64,000 nt of DNA, from assembly GCF_006345805.1 (NCBI RefSeq), contig NW_021835974.1, positions 6,000 to 69,999 on the forward strand, written 5' to 3'. The translations under genes and the position numbers were made by a program. The notes under the pieces were generated by a model, which saw only the letters and a program-made list of their open reading frames with translations, had not been told where the DNA came from and searched no databases. Below are positions 11,841-25,044 of this stretch, in pieces. Position 1 is the first letter of the stretch. Each line of letters starts with the position of its first letter. The DNA comes from Octopus sinensis. Its lineage: Eukaryota.

Positions 11841-13236
11841 GGTGGTGGTGGTGGTGGTGGTGGTGGTGGTGGTAGTGGTGGTAGTGGTGGTTGTGGTGGT
11901 GTGGTGGTGGTGGTGGTTGTGGCGGTGTTGGTGGTGGTGATGGGTGTTGAGGTGGTCGTGTGGTTGGTGGTCGGTGGTGGTGTGGTGGTGGTGGTCGTGG
12001 TGGTGTGTTGGTGGTGGTCGGTGGTGGTGTGGTCGTGGTGGGGTGTGGTGGTGGTGGTGGTCGGTGTGGTGGTGGTCGGTGGTGGTGGTGGTGGTGGTGG
12101 TGGTGGTCGGGGGTGGTGGTCGGTGGTGGTGGTGGTGGTTGGTGGTCGGTGGGGTGGTGTTTCGGTGGTGGTGGTGGTCGGTGGGGTGGTGGTGGTGGGG
12201 GTCGGTGTGGTGGTGGTGGTGGTGGTCGTGGTGTGGTGGTGGTGTGGTGGTCGGTGGTGGTGGTGGTGGTGGTGTCGTGGTGGTGGTGGTGGTGGTGGTG
12301 GTGGTGGTGGTTGTGGCGACGGTGGTGGTGGTGGTGGTGGTGGTGGTGGAGGTGGTCGGTGTGGTGGTGGTCGGTGGTGTGTGGTGGTGGTGGTCGGGTG
12401 GTCGGTGTGTTGGTGGTCGGTGGTGGTGGTGTCGTGGTGGTGGTGGTGGTGGTGTCGGTGGTGGGGTGGTCGGTGGTGGTGGTGGTGGTGGTGGTGTCGG
12501 TGTGGTGGTGGTCGGTGTTGGTGGTGGTGTGGTCGGTGGTGGGTGTGTGTCGGTGGTGGTGGTGGTCGGTGTGGTGGTGGTGGTGGTCGGTGGTGGTGGT
12601 GGTGGTGGTGGTCGGTGTGGTGGTGGTGGTGGTGGTCGGTGGTGTGGTGGTGGTGGTCGTGGTGTGGTGGTGGTGGTGTGGTGGTGGTGGTTGTGGCGGT
12701 GTGGTGGTGGTGATGGTGTGGTGGAGGTGTTCGGTGTGGTGGTGGTCGGTGGTGGTGTGTGGTGGTGGTCGGTGGTGGTCGGTGGTGGTGGTGGTCGGTG
12801 GTGGTGGTGGTCGGTGGTGGTGGTGGTGGTGGTGGTGGTGGTGTGGTGGTGGCGTCGGTGGTGTGGTGGTGGTGTGGTGGGGTGGTGGTGGGTGGTCGGT
12901 GGTGGTGGTGGTGGTGGTGGTGGTGGTGGTGGTGGTGGTGGTGGTCGGTGGTGGTGGTGGTGGTGGTGGTAGGTGGTGGTGGTGGTGGTGGTGTGGTGGT
13001 GGTGGTTTGTGGCGGCGGGGCGGTGGTGGTGGTGGTGGGGGTGGTGGGTGGAGGTGGTTGGTGGTGGTGGTGTGGTCGGTGGTGGTGTGGTGTGGTGGTG
13101 GTCGGTTGGTGGTGGTCGGTGGTGGTGGTGGTGGTGGTGGTCGGTGGTGGTGGTGGTGGTGGTGGTCGGTGGTGGTGGTGGTGGTGGTGGTGGTGGTGGT
13201 CGGTGGTGGTGGTGGTCGGTGGTGGTCGGTGGTGGT
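11841..13236. repeat. 1.4-kb degenerate (GGT)n tract with GGTC and GTGT interruptions
   Basis: Direct reading. It accounts for the 300-540 aa low-complexity ORFs on both strands. Confidence 0.97.
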
Positions 13237-13389
13237 GAGATTAATACTGTCGACATTCGGTTCGAATTCTGTGAGTTGATCTTGAATGAAAAAAAACTGA
13301 AGAAAATTACTGTTGTCGCTGCTGTCGTCGTTTCGTTTCAAGTGAGTTCTGGACGAGAAGGCATTTGACCAAAGGACATCCCACGTCTT

Positions 13390-13752
13390 CACACACATAC
13401 ACACACACATACACACGCATACAAACATATACATACACATTCATGCACACACATACATACACACGCACACATACACACACGCATATACATACGCACACAC
13501 ATACGCACACATATACACACACTTATACAAACACAAACACACACATACACACATACGCACACAAATACAAACACATACATACATATACACACGCACACAC
13601 ACATACGCACACATATACACACACATACAAACACAAACACACACATACACACATCCATGCACAAGCACACACACATACACACGTATACACACGTATACAC
13701 ACACACACACACATACGCACACATATACACACACATATACAAACATACACAT

Positions 13753-13790
<38 letters not shown>

Positions 13791-13802
13791 ACACACACAC
13801 AC
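13390..13802. repeat. Degenerate (CA)n/(CATA)n tract
   Basis: Direct reading. Confidence 0.95.
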
Positions 13803-13929
13803 AAGCGCACATTTATACTGACATTTTTTTTCGTACATAAAATACTCACATTCTACCTTCATAAAACAAAATGGCAGACTGCAGTAAAAAGTGTTGCGCA
13901 AAATGAAGTGATGCGGTATATTTAGAGGT

Positions 13930-14150
13930 CATCGAAAGAGAGGGGCTTTCTCCGTCCGGGTTGCGGATCCGTGGAATAAGCTGCCAGACGAGATAGTGAA
14001 GATGCCGACGACCGCTCGGTTCAAAGTCTCCCTTGACCACAAATGGCCTGAACTCTTTACATGAACACCACCCTGTACATAACTCCATGTCACCCTACAT
14101 GGCCTTGCTTTTTTGCTTGTTGAGCCAAAAAATTAACTAACAAACTAACT
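13930..14150 (+). mobile_element. CR1-clade LINE 3' end (5'-truncated)
   Basis: Translates as HRKRGAFSVRVADPWNKLPDEIVKMPTTARFKVSLDHKWPELFT* (FS.RV..PWN.LP..IV.....FK..LD motif), with stop at 14062-14064, a short UTR and an (AACT)n tail. Confidence 0.8.
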
Positions 14151-14214
14151 AGTGTACGCTTTTCAAAAGGACTTAGAGTGTGATTTGAGCGACCATGTAG
14201 GTGGCTCCTTGTTT

Positions 14215-14800
14215 AATATTGTAGGCTGTTTGGTAAGAAATTGCTTCCCAACCACATGGTTCGAGTTCGTCTCACTGTGTAGCACCTTGTGCAAGTGTCT
14301 TCTACTACAGCCTCAGGCCGACCAAAGCCTTTTGTGTTAACTTGGTTGTGGAAACTAGAAGAAGCCCGTCGTATATATGTATGTGTGTCTTCGTGTCTTT
14401 GTTCCTCATCACCGCTTGACAACTTAGTGGTTCGGCAAATGAGACCGATATAATAAGTACTGTGCTTAAAAAATAAATAAGTTCTGCGGCCGATTTGTTC
14501 GACTAAAACCCTTCAAGGCGGTGCTCCAGCATGGCATCAGTCAAATTACTGAAACAAGTAAAAGAATAGAAACAGTCGTGGCGGCGAGCTGGCCAAATCG
14601 TTTGCACTCTGGACAAAATGCTTAGCGGCATTGCGTTCGATCCTTTACGTTCTGATTTCAAATACTGCCGGGGTCGACTTTGCCTTTCATCTCTTCGGGA
14701 TCGATAAAATAAGCACAAGATAAGCCCTGGGATCGATGTCATCGACTTGGCCCCTACCCCGGAGCTGTCGATATTGTGCCAAAATTTAAAACCAGTGTTG
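14215..14800 (+). mobile_element. Adjacent diverged SINE B (14215-14570) and SINE A with alternative tail (14580-14800)
   Basis: Family motifs are recognisable in both parts. Confidence 0.8.
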
Positions 14801-15285
14801 CAAGCAACAGTAAAATTGATGAGTGTTTCATTGGCTGGACTCTAAGTTTATATTGTCTCATCTCTTGACCATAACAGAGAAGTGATGGTGGGCGAAACTG
14901 TCATTCTTATCCCTAAGTAAAACAGATGCTCACCCATTGATGGATACATGTGAAGATGAAAACAACGACAAGCAATTAATCCGAACGTAGCTCACATCTA
15001 GAAGGAACTTTCACGTGGTAGCATGACCTGCTAGAGATAGTAACCAAATCTCCACCTTCACCCCATCACCACCACCCATCCCCAGCAAAATCACACCTTA
15101 TCGTCTTACACAAAAAGAGATGAAGTATTCATATACGCGCTATGTCCGAAAACTAGTCACGACAGTCACGTTCGGAACGCTTTTCAGTGTAGCTCTCAAC
15201 TAGGTCTCAGCAACAAACTACAGCAATAATATTCAATAAATTTCTTCCGCAAAGAGATGAATTCAGTTTCAGACAAGATATAAAT

Positions 15286-15304
15286 TTATTATTATTATTA
15301 TTAC

Positions 15305-15342
<38 letters not shown>

Positions 15343-15728
15343 TATTATTATTATTATTATTATTATCATTATATCTTTTATGTTTTAGAATTTATATTTA
15401 TTTTGTTAGTTATTTATTTACAACAGTTCAACAATCCAAATTGTTCCTTAAGGGACTGGACTTTCGATTTAATCGTTCAGAAGTTTGCGCAATAATTTTT
15501 TTTTTCCCATTCCATTCCTCGCTTGTCTTTCTTCTACCCTGTCTCCACCTTCTTTTGGTTTCTATTTAATATTCTTCGTTATCATCATGCTCAACATCAT
15601 CATCATCATCATCATCATCATCATTATTATTAAAGAAATCATCATTATCATCATCATCAGCATCATCAGCATCATTATTATTATCATTACTATTATCTTA
15701 ATCATTATTATTACTATTATTATTATTA

Positions 15729-15769
<41 letters not shown>

Positions 15770-15881
15770 CATCATTATTATCATTATCATCATCATTATT
15801 ATTATTATTATCACAATCATCATCATCACCATCATCATCATTATCATCATCATCAATCATCATCATCATCATAATCATCAC

Positions 15882-15921
<40 letters not shown>

Positions 15922-16036
15922 GAAACTACTACTATTATCATTATTATTATCGTTGTTATTGTTGTTAGTATAATTATTATTGTCATTATTGTCATTATTA
16001 TTGTTACCCTTGTTATATCATCATTATTATTATTAC

Positions 16037-16082
<46 letters not shown>

Positions 16083-16113
16083 GTTGTTGTTGTTATTATT
16101 ATTATTATTATTA

Positions 16114-16200
<87 letters not shown>

Positions 16201-16297
16201 TATTATTATTGTTGTTGTTGTTATTATTATTATTATTATTATGATTATTATTATTATTATTATTATTATTATCATTATTATTATTATTATTATTATT

Positions 16298-16357
<60 letters not shown>

Positions 16358-16360
16358 TAT
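15286..16360. repeat. (ATT)n/(CAT)n microsatellite cluster
   Basis: Direct reading. Confidence 0.95.
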
Positions 16361-16839
16361 TATGTCTTGCACCTGACTGTGTTCTCATGAGAATTTTTGT
16401 GTTTTGCTTTTTGTTTGATTGTTTGTTTGTTTTCTTTTCTTTTCGTTATTTTTATTTTATTTTATTTATTTCTTGTTAAATAGTTTCACAAGACAGTTTT
16501 ACCAAACTGATTTGTTATATAGCTTCGAAGCTACTCCATTTATTGAAATGACAAAAAGAACACACAAAAAAAAAGAGCTAAAAAAAACCGAAAAATTTTT
16601 AATAAATTTGGTGGAAGAAGAGAAGCGGGGGGGTGAGAAGAGGCCGGGAGAGGCAGGGAGAGGAGAGGCTGGGAGTGTGTATGAGGGTGTGGAGGGTGTG
16701 GTAGAGGAACAAAAATCATCGCAATATCATGAATTTCCAGTGGCATCAGATCTTGCTTTAAATTCGTTGCTGTTTGCTTGCAGAACAATGTGAGGCATTA
16801 ATTAATAATGTGAGGTGTTAATTAATAATGCAGTATGGA

Positions 16840-16840
16840 A

Positions 16841-16872
<32 letters not shown>

Positions 16873-17473
16873 CGGTGGCGGTGGCGGTGGTGGTGGTGGT
16901 GGTGGTGGCGTCGGCGGCGGTGGTGGCGGTGTCGGCAGTGGGAAACGGGTGAATAAAATATTCGACATTCATCTCGACGAAAGTGAAAGTAAGGAAAAGA
17001 ATGAGAAAGAGTGAGAAATAGAACGTGAGTAAACGATGAATGAGTGAGAGAGAGAGAGAGAGAGATAAATAGGAACAGATAAGGGAGAGACTAAGAGAGA
17101 GAGAGTAAATTAAATTTCCTTTTTAATTGTTTAAAATGGTTTATTGCTGTTGTAGTTGTTTTTGTAAAAATTATTATTGTGGGCGGCGACGACGCGATGG
17201 CGGCGGTCGGCGGCGGTTGGCGGCGGTTTGCGGCGATAGCGGCGACGGGGTACGGTCGTGATATTTGGGTAAGGATTATGACAATGATTACGACGATGAT
17301 TATGATGATGATAATGACGATGAAATTGTTACGATTGCCATTGGTTGTTGTTACAGTTGCTGTAGCTTTTTATAGTATTTGCTATTGCAGCGACGGTGGC
17401 AGCGGTGTTGGTGTTGGTAAAGGAAGTAGTAGTAGTAGTAGTAGTATAGTAGTAGTAGTAGTATAGCAGTAGC

Positions 17474-17508
<35 letters not shown>

Positions 17509-17830
17509 CAGCAGTAGTAGTAGTAGTAATAGTAGTAGTAGCAGCGGTAGTAGTAGTAGTAGTAGTAGTAGTAGAAGTAGTAGTAGTAGCAGCAACAACA
17601 GTAGTAGTAGTAGTAGTAGTAGCAGCAGCAGCAACAGTAGTAGTAGTAGTAGTAGTAGTAGTAACAGCAACGGAGGTGGCTGTTGAAAGTAAAAGTGAAG
17701 GCGATGACGGGTGTTCCTTTTTGGTGGTAGCGACGATGGTGGTGGCCGTAGTGGTGATAGTGGTGGTGGTGGTGGTTGTCGTCGTCGTAGTGACCGTCGT
17801 GGTGATGACAGTGGTGGTGGTGATGGTGGC
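16840..17830. repeat. (GGC)/(GGT)/(AGT)n trinucleotide microsatellite cluster
   Basis: Direct reading. Confidence 0.9.
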
Positions 17831-18367
17831 GGTGTTGGCCCTGGTGGTGGTTACGGTGACGATCATAATGACGTCCATGATGATAATTGTTACGATTGCT
17901 ATCAGGCTGTCATCAGTTTTATTTGGTTATTACCACTGCTGCTGTTGTTGTTATTGTTGTTGTTGTCATATTCCCCATTATATTATTGTTTGCTATATAT
18001 ATAATGACTATGTTAATTTCTTTTATTTGTTTCTCTCCCACCACCACCAACACCACCACCATCGCCATCACCACCTTCCTCGCTGTCAACCTCTTCTCTT
18101 TATATTTGATATTTTTATTTGCTGAGATAATTTATCATAGTTTATTTATTTTATTAATTGTAATATTTTTGTGGTTTATTAACGCGACTTATTCCAAATT
18201 CCCATAAATGGTAACTTTCTTCGGAGTTCAAATAATTAATCTAAGGAATTCTCTGACAAAATTTCTTTTATTTTGTTTTCGTATTTTATTTTATTTTATT
18301 ATTTTTCGTGTCTTTTAAACTTCCCTAAAAATATTAACAAACGAGCACAAACAACAACAACAACAAC

Positions 18368-18417
<50 letters not shown>

Positions 18418-18429
18418 TAATAATAATTC

Positions 18430-19060
18430 TTTCTTCTGTAAGTACAAGGCCTGAAATTTAGTGGGGAGGTGGGGGACAGGTGATTAAATCGATCCCAAGG
18501 TTTCACTGGTACTTAATTTATCGACCCCCAAAGGATGAAAGGCAAAGTCGACCTCGGCGGAATTTGTACTCAGAACGTAGCGGCAGACGAAATACCTATT
18601 TCTTTACTACCCACAAGGGGCTAAACACAGAGGGGACACACTGGGACAGACAAACGGATTAAGTCGATTATATCGACCCCAGTGCGTAACTGGTACTTAT
18701 TTAATCGACCCCGTAAGGATGAAAGGCAAAGTCGATCTCGGCGGAATTTGAACTCAGAACGTAAAGACGGACGAAATACCGCTAAGCATTTCGCCCGGCA
18801 TGCAAACGATTCTGCCAGCTCGCCGCCTAATAATAATAATAATATCCCTTTCTACTGAAAGCACAAGGTCTAAAATTTTTGTGGGAGGGGACTAGTCGAT
18901 TACATCGACTCCAGTGTGTAACTGGTACTTATTTCATCGATCCTGAAAGGATGGAAAGCAAAGTCAACCTAAGCGGAATTTGAACTCGGAACATAACGAC
19001 GGACGAAATTCCGCTAAGCCTTACTTTCCACATGCTAACGATTCTGCCAACTCGCCGCCT
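18430..19060 (-). mobile_element. SINE A dimer (18430-18828) plus SINE A with alternative tail (18845-19060)
   Basis: Two cores joined at GAAATACC|TATTTCTTT (18596/18597). The alternative tail ends in (TAA)n. Confidence 0.88.
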
Positions 19061-19497
19061 TAAAATTTCTACTACTACTACTACTACTATTAAGAAGAAG
19101 AAAAAGAAGAAAAAGAAGAAGAAGAAGAGAAGAAGAAGAAAAGAAGAAGAGGAAGAAGAAGAAGAAAAAGAAGAAGAAGAAGAAGAAGAAGAAGAAGAAG
19201 AAGAAGAAGAAGAAGAAGAAGAAGAAGAAGAAGAAGAAGAAGAAGAAGAAGAAGAAGAATTCATAAAGATTGACGTGACTCTTCACGAAGGTAAGTATGT
19301 CGTGTACGATTCTAAGGTAAGTAAATAGAGTACAATTGAGTGTTGTTTTGCTGCGTGTTCTGTAGTAAATCCGACTTTAGTTGAGCCTTCGACAGATTTC
19401 TTACCCTTCGACAGATATGTTACGCCTTTCCAAATGGGCTGCATGCATTGTTCAACTGCTTGCTTTGTGGCAATTTCTAAACGTCTATTTTTTTAAA

Positions 19498-20092
19498 GAT
19501 ATATAGAGAATACCAAACGAGTTCCCTATGGATACCGTATTTATTACAACGAGTGGCTTGTAAACGTATCTAACGAGCGAAAGCGAGTTAGATACGTTTA
19601 CAAGCCACGAGTTGTAATAAATACGGTATCCATAGGGAATGAGTTTGGTATTTTATTTATTACACACGAATAAACGACCATATTTTAATCTTAAAAAAAT
19701 CATTCACCTTGATATCGACAACAGTAGCCATCTTGTTGATAGATCTACCTGCACTGCAAGAGTATCGACGAGCAGACGAAATATGTTGTGATTTTTTTGG
19801 CAACAAATAATTGAATAACCACCAGAAATGTTTACATTTTATGTGTATATGACTTTAAGTGATATCTGGTATAAAAAAGATAGTATGTTTGTTTAATTAC
19901 ATGGCTACATTCTACCTGCTCGTGAAAGTAATGAATGAAGTTTAGTTGTAACTTATGAATGACAAAAGTAGTGCCGTCACCGTGACCTCGGGTCATCACC
20001 ATGGATTGACCAATCACAGCGCTCGCAGTATCTGATATATGTTAGATACCAAAAATATCTTAAAGTGTTCTCTCTCACATGTGTCTAATAAA
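19498..20092 (+). mobile_element. Putative non-autonomous Crypton-like (tyrosine-recombinase) element with long subterminal hairpin
   Basis: 144-nt hairpin at 19509-19652. TTTATTACACAC (19656-19667) is an inverted match (11/12) to the terminal GTGTCTAATAAA (20081-20092). GACCAATCACAGCGC motif near the 3' end. The architecture is recalled from invertebrate CryptonV-type repeats and has not been verified. Confidence 0.55.
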
Positions 20093-20879
20093 GCTTTGTA
20101 CACTATGGTACGTTTGTTTGTACAGTCTGTAATATCTGGAGGTGTGTTTATCGAAACACATCCTTCTTGTTTTCTTTTTAACATGTTTCTGTAAGTCTCT
20201 GAGACATTCTACAGAAGCATAAATGAATACATTTCTAGGCTTTGCCACTGAAGCAAAACCCTCGGCGGTTTAATACATTGGGTTGTTATTCTTATTGTTG
20301 TTGTTGAGTGTTCAATGTGTTAGTGTTAGTGGTGGTAGTGGGAGGGCTTGGATTCACAGGTGTTGCGACGCTAGCAGCGTCCATTTGCTGAATTTCCTTG
20401 CTCTTTTCTTCTTCCTTCTCGCGTTTCTTTTCTTCTTTTCCTTCTGTTGCTTAGCATCGCACGTGCTAGCAAGACTTTGTTCGTCCCTTTCTCGGGCTCT
20501 CAAAGCACGGAGAGGGCGGACACAATTAATTCTAAAACTTTTTTCGGCTGTTTTCCGACAGCAGATGGGGGAAGTCAAAAAGAAAGGATGAGCTGACACT
20601 CATCCAACAAGGACATCTTGCAAATTTTAAAATTGAAAAATGAAGAATTTAAATCGAAAATTTGCCCCAAAAGGTATCAAGTCCCGTCTAATCGCTCTGC
20701 TCAGCAAGAGCCCAGTCGGCCTGGCCACAGAAGTGTCGTAAAGAAATTTTCAGATACAACAATATTACCTGTAAAAATTGAACAAAAACTTACAGCTCAC
20801 GAACACACGTCCTTCTTCTCTGAAATCCACCAGCAGAGTCCGGTAGTAGTAGTAGTAGTAGTAGTAGTAAGTAGTAGTA

Positions 20880-20928
<49 letters not shown>

Positions 20929-21219
20929 GGCTTACCATCCCTACAGGAAGTGCAAAAAATCGTATTAACTGGAACGGCTCATGTACTGAGAAGAGCACTA
21001 TCGTTGTGAAAATAACATCCATCCATGAATTTATTTATTTATTAATTTTTAAATACATATTTTATCTGTGAATTTGCGCGTGTAATCTGGGAATGCATAC
21101 AATGAGCTTCTCTGCCCTAGGTGTATGGAAAACACTCGGCGAGAAACGGAAGAAAATTTGAAGAAAGAAGGAAAAAACATAATAATAATAATAATAATAA
21201 TAATATTAATAATAATAAT

Positions 21220-21680
21220 GATACAATGTTGGCAATTTCGGGGGATGTTTAAATCGATTAAATCAACCCCAGCGCTCACTTGGTACTTATTTTATCGATC
21301 CCACTAGGATGAAAGGTAAGTCAACCTCAGCGGTATTTGAACACAGAACGTAAAGATGGACGCTAAGCATTTTGCCCAGTTTGCTAACGATTCTGCCAGA
21401 TCGCCGCCTTAATTTATATTAGTACCGTTTCCTTATTTTTCTCTCGTTAAGGCGGCGAGCTGGCAGAAACGTTAGCACGCCGGGCGAAATGCGTAGCCGT
21501 ATTCCGTCTGTCGTTACGTTCCGAGTTCAAATTCCGCCGAGGTCGACTTTGCCTTTCATCCTTTCGGAGTTCTTAAATTAAGTACCAGTTACGCACTGGG
21601 GTCAATGTAATCGACTTAATCCGTTTGTCTGTCCTTGTTTGTCCCTTCTGTGTTTAGCCCCTTGTGAGTAGTAAAGAAAT
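21220..21680. mobile_element. Head-to-head pair of SINE A copies (minus 21220-21410, plus 21450-21680)
   Basis: Family head and core present on opposite strands about 40 bp apart. Confidence 0.88.
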
Positions 21681-23385
21681 ATATTATAATTATGATGAGG
21701 ATGACGACGATGAAGTTGACGAAGAGGAAGTGAAAGAGGACAAGGCTGATAATGATGAATAAGAGGAAAAATGATGACGAGCATGGTGATGATGAAGTGG
21801 GGGAGAAGATGGAACTTGACCATGATGGTGAGCATTATGAAGAAGGAAGAGGAGAAGGATATAGATAACGATGATGAACTATAATTATGATGATGGTGAT
21901 GATGATGACGACAATGATGATAGTTGTGGTAACGAAGGCGGTAGTGATGATGAGAATGAAGATGATTACGATGATGAAGATGGTAGGGAGAAAGAGGAAG
22001 ATATGAAAGTGGATCATGATTATAACAGTGATGATGATTATGGAACGATGATGATGATGCTGATGATGAATTTCATTCCTCACCATCATCATCCTTATCA
22101 TCGTCGTAATTACCATTATCAAGTTAATCCTAATTAACATAATTATGATATTAATATAATAATGATAAAAATAATATCAAACCAAAATAAAAATTTCATA
22201 AAGACAATTCTAGAAGTTAACATCCATGGACGTTTCACGGCTCTTAGATTATTGGAAGCCTATAACGAAGCATGCAATACAAGAATTCTTTTGAAATTGA
22301 ATTATTTGAAAATGAATTTTAATGCTTGTGATACATGAGACTAGTACCGAAAGAACAGTCTTACGAAAGAAGGGAGAGAAAAGAGAGGAGTGGAGAAAAT
22401 ACGGAAAACATGGAGTCCCGGAATAGTTCGCAGAAAGATTGATAGTGGGGGTGATATTTGGAAAAAAGAAACTACTTATATATTTTTTTTAATATAAAAT
22501 ATATAAACCTCATACTGAACTAAATGTTAATTCCCAAAAAAATCTACTAGAGAAATTATGTAAAATCCTTCGATGAAATGAAGTTCATTAGACGCTTTCC
22601 GGTGTCAAAATATGAATTTTCTCCTGTGTATGCAGAGACTGGAGGTCTCTGTCTTAGCATCAAAGTATCAACCTGGTTTTTTCAATTGCCTGAGAATTAT
22701 TATGGTTTATTTGGCCATGCAGAGCTGGCATCTCTTGGTAACTTTCGTGCGTGGTTATTACGGTATATATTTGAGTGTGTGGCTGTGCGTGTGTAAGTGT
22801 GTTTGTGTGTATGTGCATGGTTGTGGTATATGTAATTGTATATATTATTTTGGATATGGGTGTATACGTGATTATGTAATTATCTGCATGTATATATGTA
22901 AATGTGTATAGGTGTGAACGTGTGAATTGCTATTGTTTTTAACAGTGGACAACAAAAACTGATACGTTTAATGTAATTGAAGAGAGAGAAAGAGAGTAAA
23001 AGAGAGAGGAGAAAGTAAACAAGAGAGAAGAGGACAAAAGTGAGAGAGAGAGACGAGTAAAAGAGAGACAAGGGAGTTAAAGAGAGAGAAAGACAAAGAG
23101 TAGAGAGGAGGAAAGGCAACTAGTAGAAAAGTTCATAGTGAAGGAGAGAGGTGGGAATTCAGACAATAAAGAGAAAAACGAAGAAAGTGAGTAGAGAGAG
23201 GGGGAAAGACAACGGAAAGAAGCAAGAGTATCAAGGACCGAGGAAGAAGATGAGAGGGAGAGAGGGAGAATAAAGAGGGAAAAGGGGAAAAAGACAGAGA
23301 GTGAAAATTATATAAGGGAGTAAGAGGAGGGGAGAAGAGATTGAAAAGAGAAGAAAGATAATAGGAGACTGGAGAGGAAATAGCG

Positions 23386-23430
<45 letters not shown>

Positions 23431-23524
23431 GCGAGAAGATGTTTCTTTTTTTTTATTTGAATGAATTTTAGAAATAAAGGAAAATGAAACGAATGAAACA
23501 AAATCTAGAGAAAAAGGAACGAAA

Positions 23525-23854
23525 ACAACAGCAGCAACAACCATCATCGTAATCGACGTTGTCTTCATCATCCCTATCATAGATATCATCATCACCACCA
23601 CCATCATCATCATCATCATCATCGTCGTCGTCGTCGTCGTCGTCTTCCTCGTCGTCGTCGTCGTCGTTATCATCATCACCACCACCACCACTACTATCAT
23701 CATCATCATTATCATGTTTATCATCATCATTGTCGACGCCATCGTCGCCGTAGTCATCATCATCATCATCAGCAGCAGCAGCAGTAGCATCGTCATCGTC
23801 ATTACCATCACCATCACCTTCATTATTGCCGTCGTCATCATCATCATCATCACC

Positions 23855-23910
<56 letters not shown>

Positions 23911-23920
23911 AATTACCATC
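23525..23920. repeat. (CAT)n/(CGT)n microsatellite; similar tract at 46970-47345
   Basis: Direct reading. Confidence 0.93.
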
Positions 23921-24237
23921 GTCGTATACTTTCCGCTCTCATTCGATGTCAAAAATCAAATCAAATAAAATATATTAAGCCAACACCATTTTCATAATTC
24001 CCCTCACTCCTTCTCTCTCTTTCTCTCTCTCTCTCTCATATATCCCCTACCAACCGTCCAACCAACCAGCCCACCATCATCACCATTTGTCGCCCTTCGA
24101 ACAATGAGAGAAAAACCCTCGTTATTAATATTATTAATAATATCATTTTCTAAAAATACAAACTTTATAGGATTCACTTTCAATCTCAGCCATCCTTTTC
24201 CCCTACCCTTCCACCCCTGCTCAATATCTCACACACT

Positions 24238-24280
<43 letters not shown>

Positions 24281-24375
24281 CCTTTTCTCACGCCTTTTCT
24301 TTCTATATAGCAAATTCTATATTTCTCTCTAATTGAATTAAGTAATAATTCTAAAGTAAAACATGTAAATATCTA

Positions 24376-24439
<64 letters not shown>

Positions 24440-25005
24440 TTTATTTCAGATTCTTCTATTGGTCGTTATGGAGATGTTTGATCAACTGGCATTATAACAA
24501 CATTTCAACATTTCAACATTCTATTTTGTCAAATGTCGAAAGAAGTTTTGTTGGCGTTGTTTGTTTGTTAGTTTGTTTGTTTTTTTTTTCAGTTCTTTTC
24601 TAAGTAGGGGTTGGAGGTAGTATAAATTTGTTCTTGTGTGTGTCTCTGCATGTGAGTACGCACTTGCATACGCAAATACATACACATATATATCTAAGTA
24701 TACATCGCATACTCTGTGTGTGTGTGTGTGGATATGTGTATACTTAAATACACAAAATTTGTGCATACACACAGATGTGAATACTTACATACATATATAC
24801 ATACATGCAATCATATACACACATGCCTGTGTATATAAATATATGTAAGTTATATGTGTATGCGTTAAATATATATTATAGACATATGCGTATGTATGTA
24901 AGAGTGTATGTAATATGTATATCTATATCTATCTCAATCTCTCTCTCCCTCTCATTCTCCCTCCCTCTCTCTTCCTCACTGTCTGTCTGTGTCTCTCTGT
25001 TTCTA

Positions 25006-25044
<39 letters not shown>

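Noticed and set aside
11664-13440. Long ORFs of 298-539 aa (Pro/Thr/His-rich or Gly/Val/Trp-rich)
   Set aside because: They are open in nearly all frames on both strands because (GGT)n lacks stop codons. There is no domain or splice evidence.
20283-20840. Lys/Arg-rich ORF and a possible HDV-like ribozyme near 20680-20740 (minus)
   Set aside because: The ORF is short with no recognisable domain. A P4-like hairpin exists, but no partner strand for P1 or the nested pseudoknot could be found.
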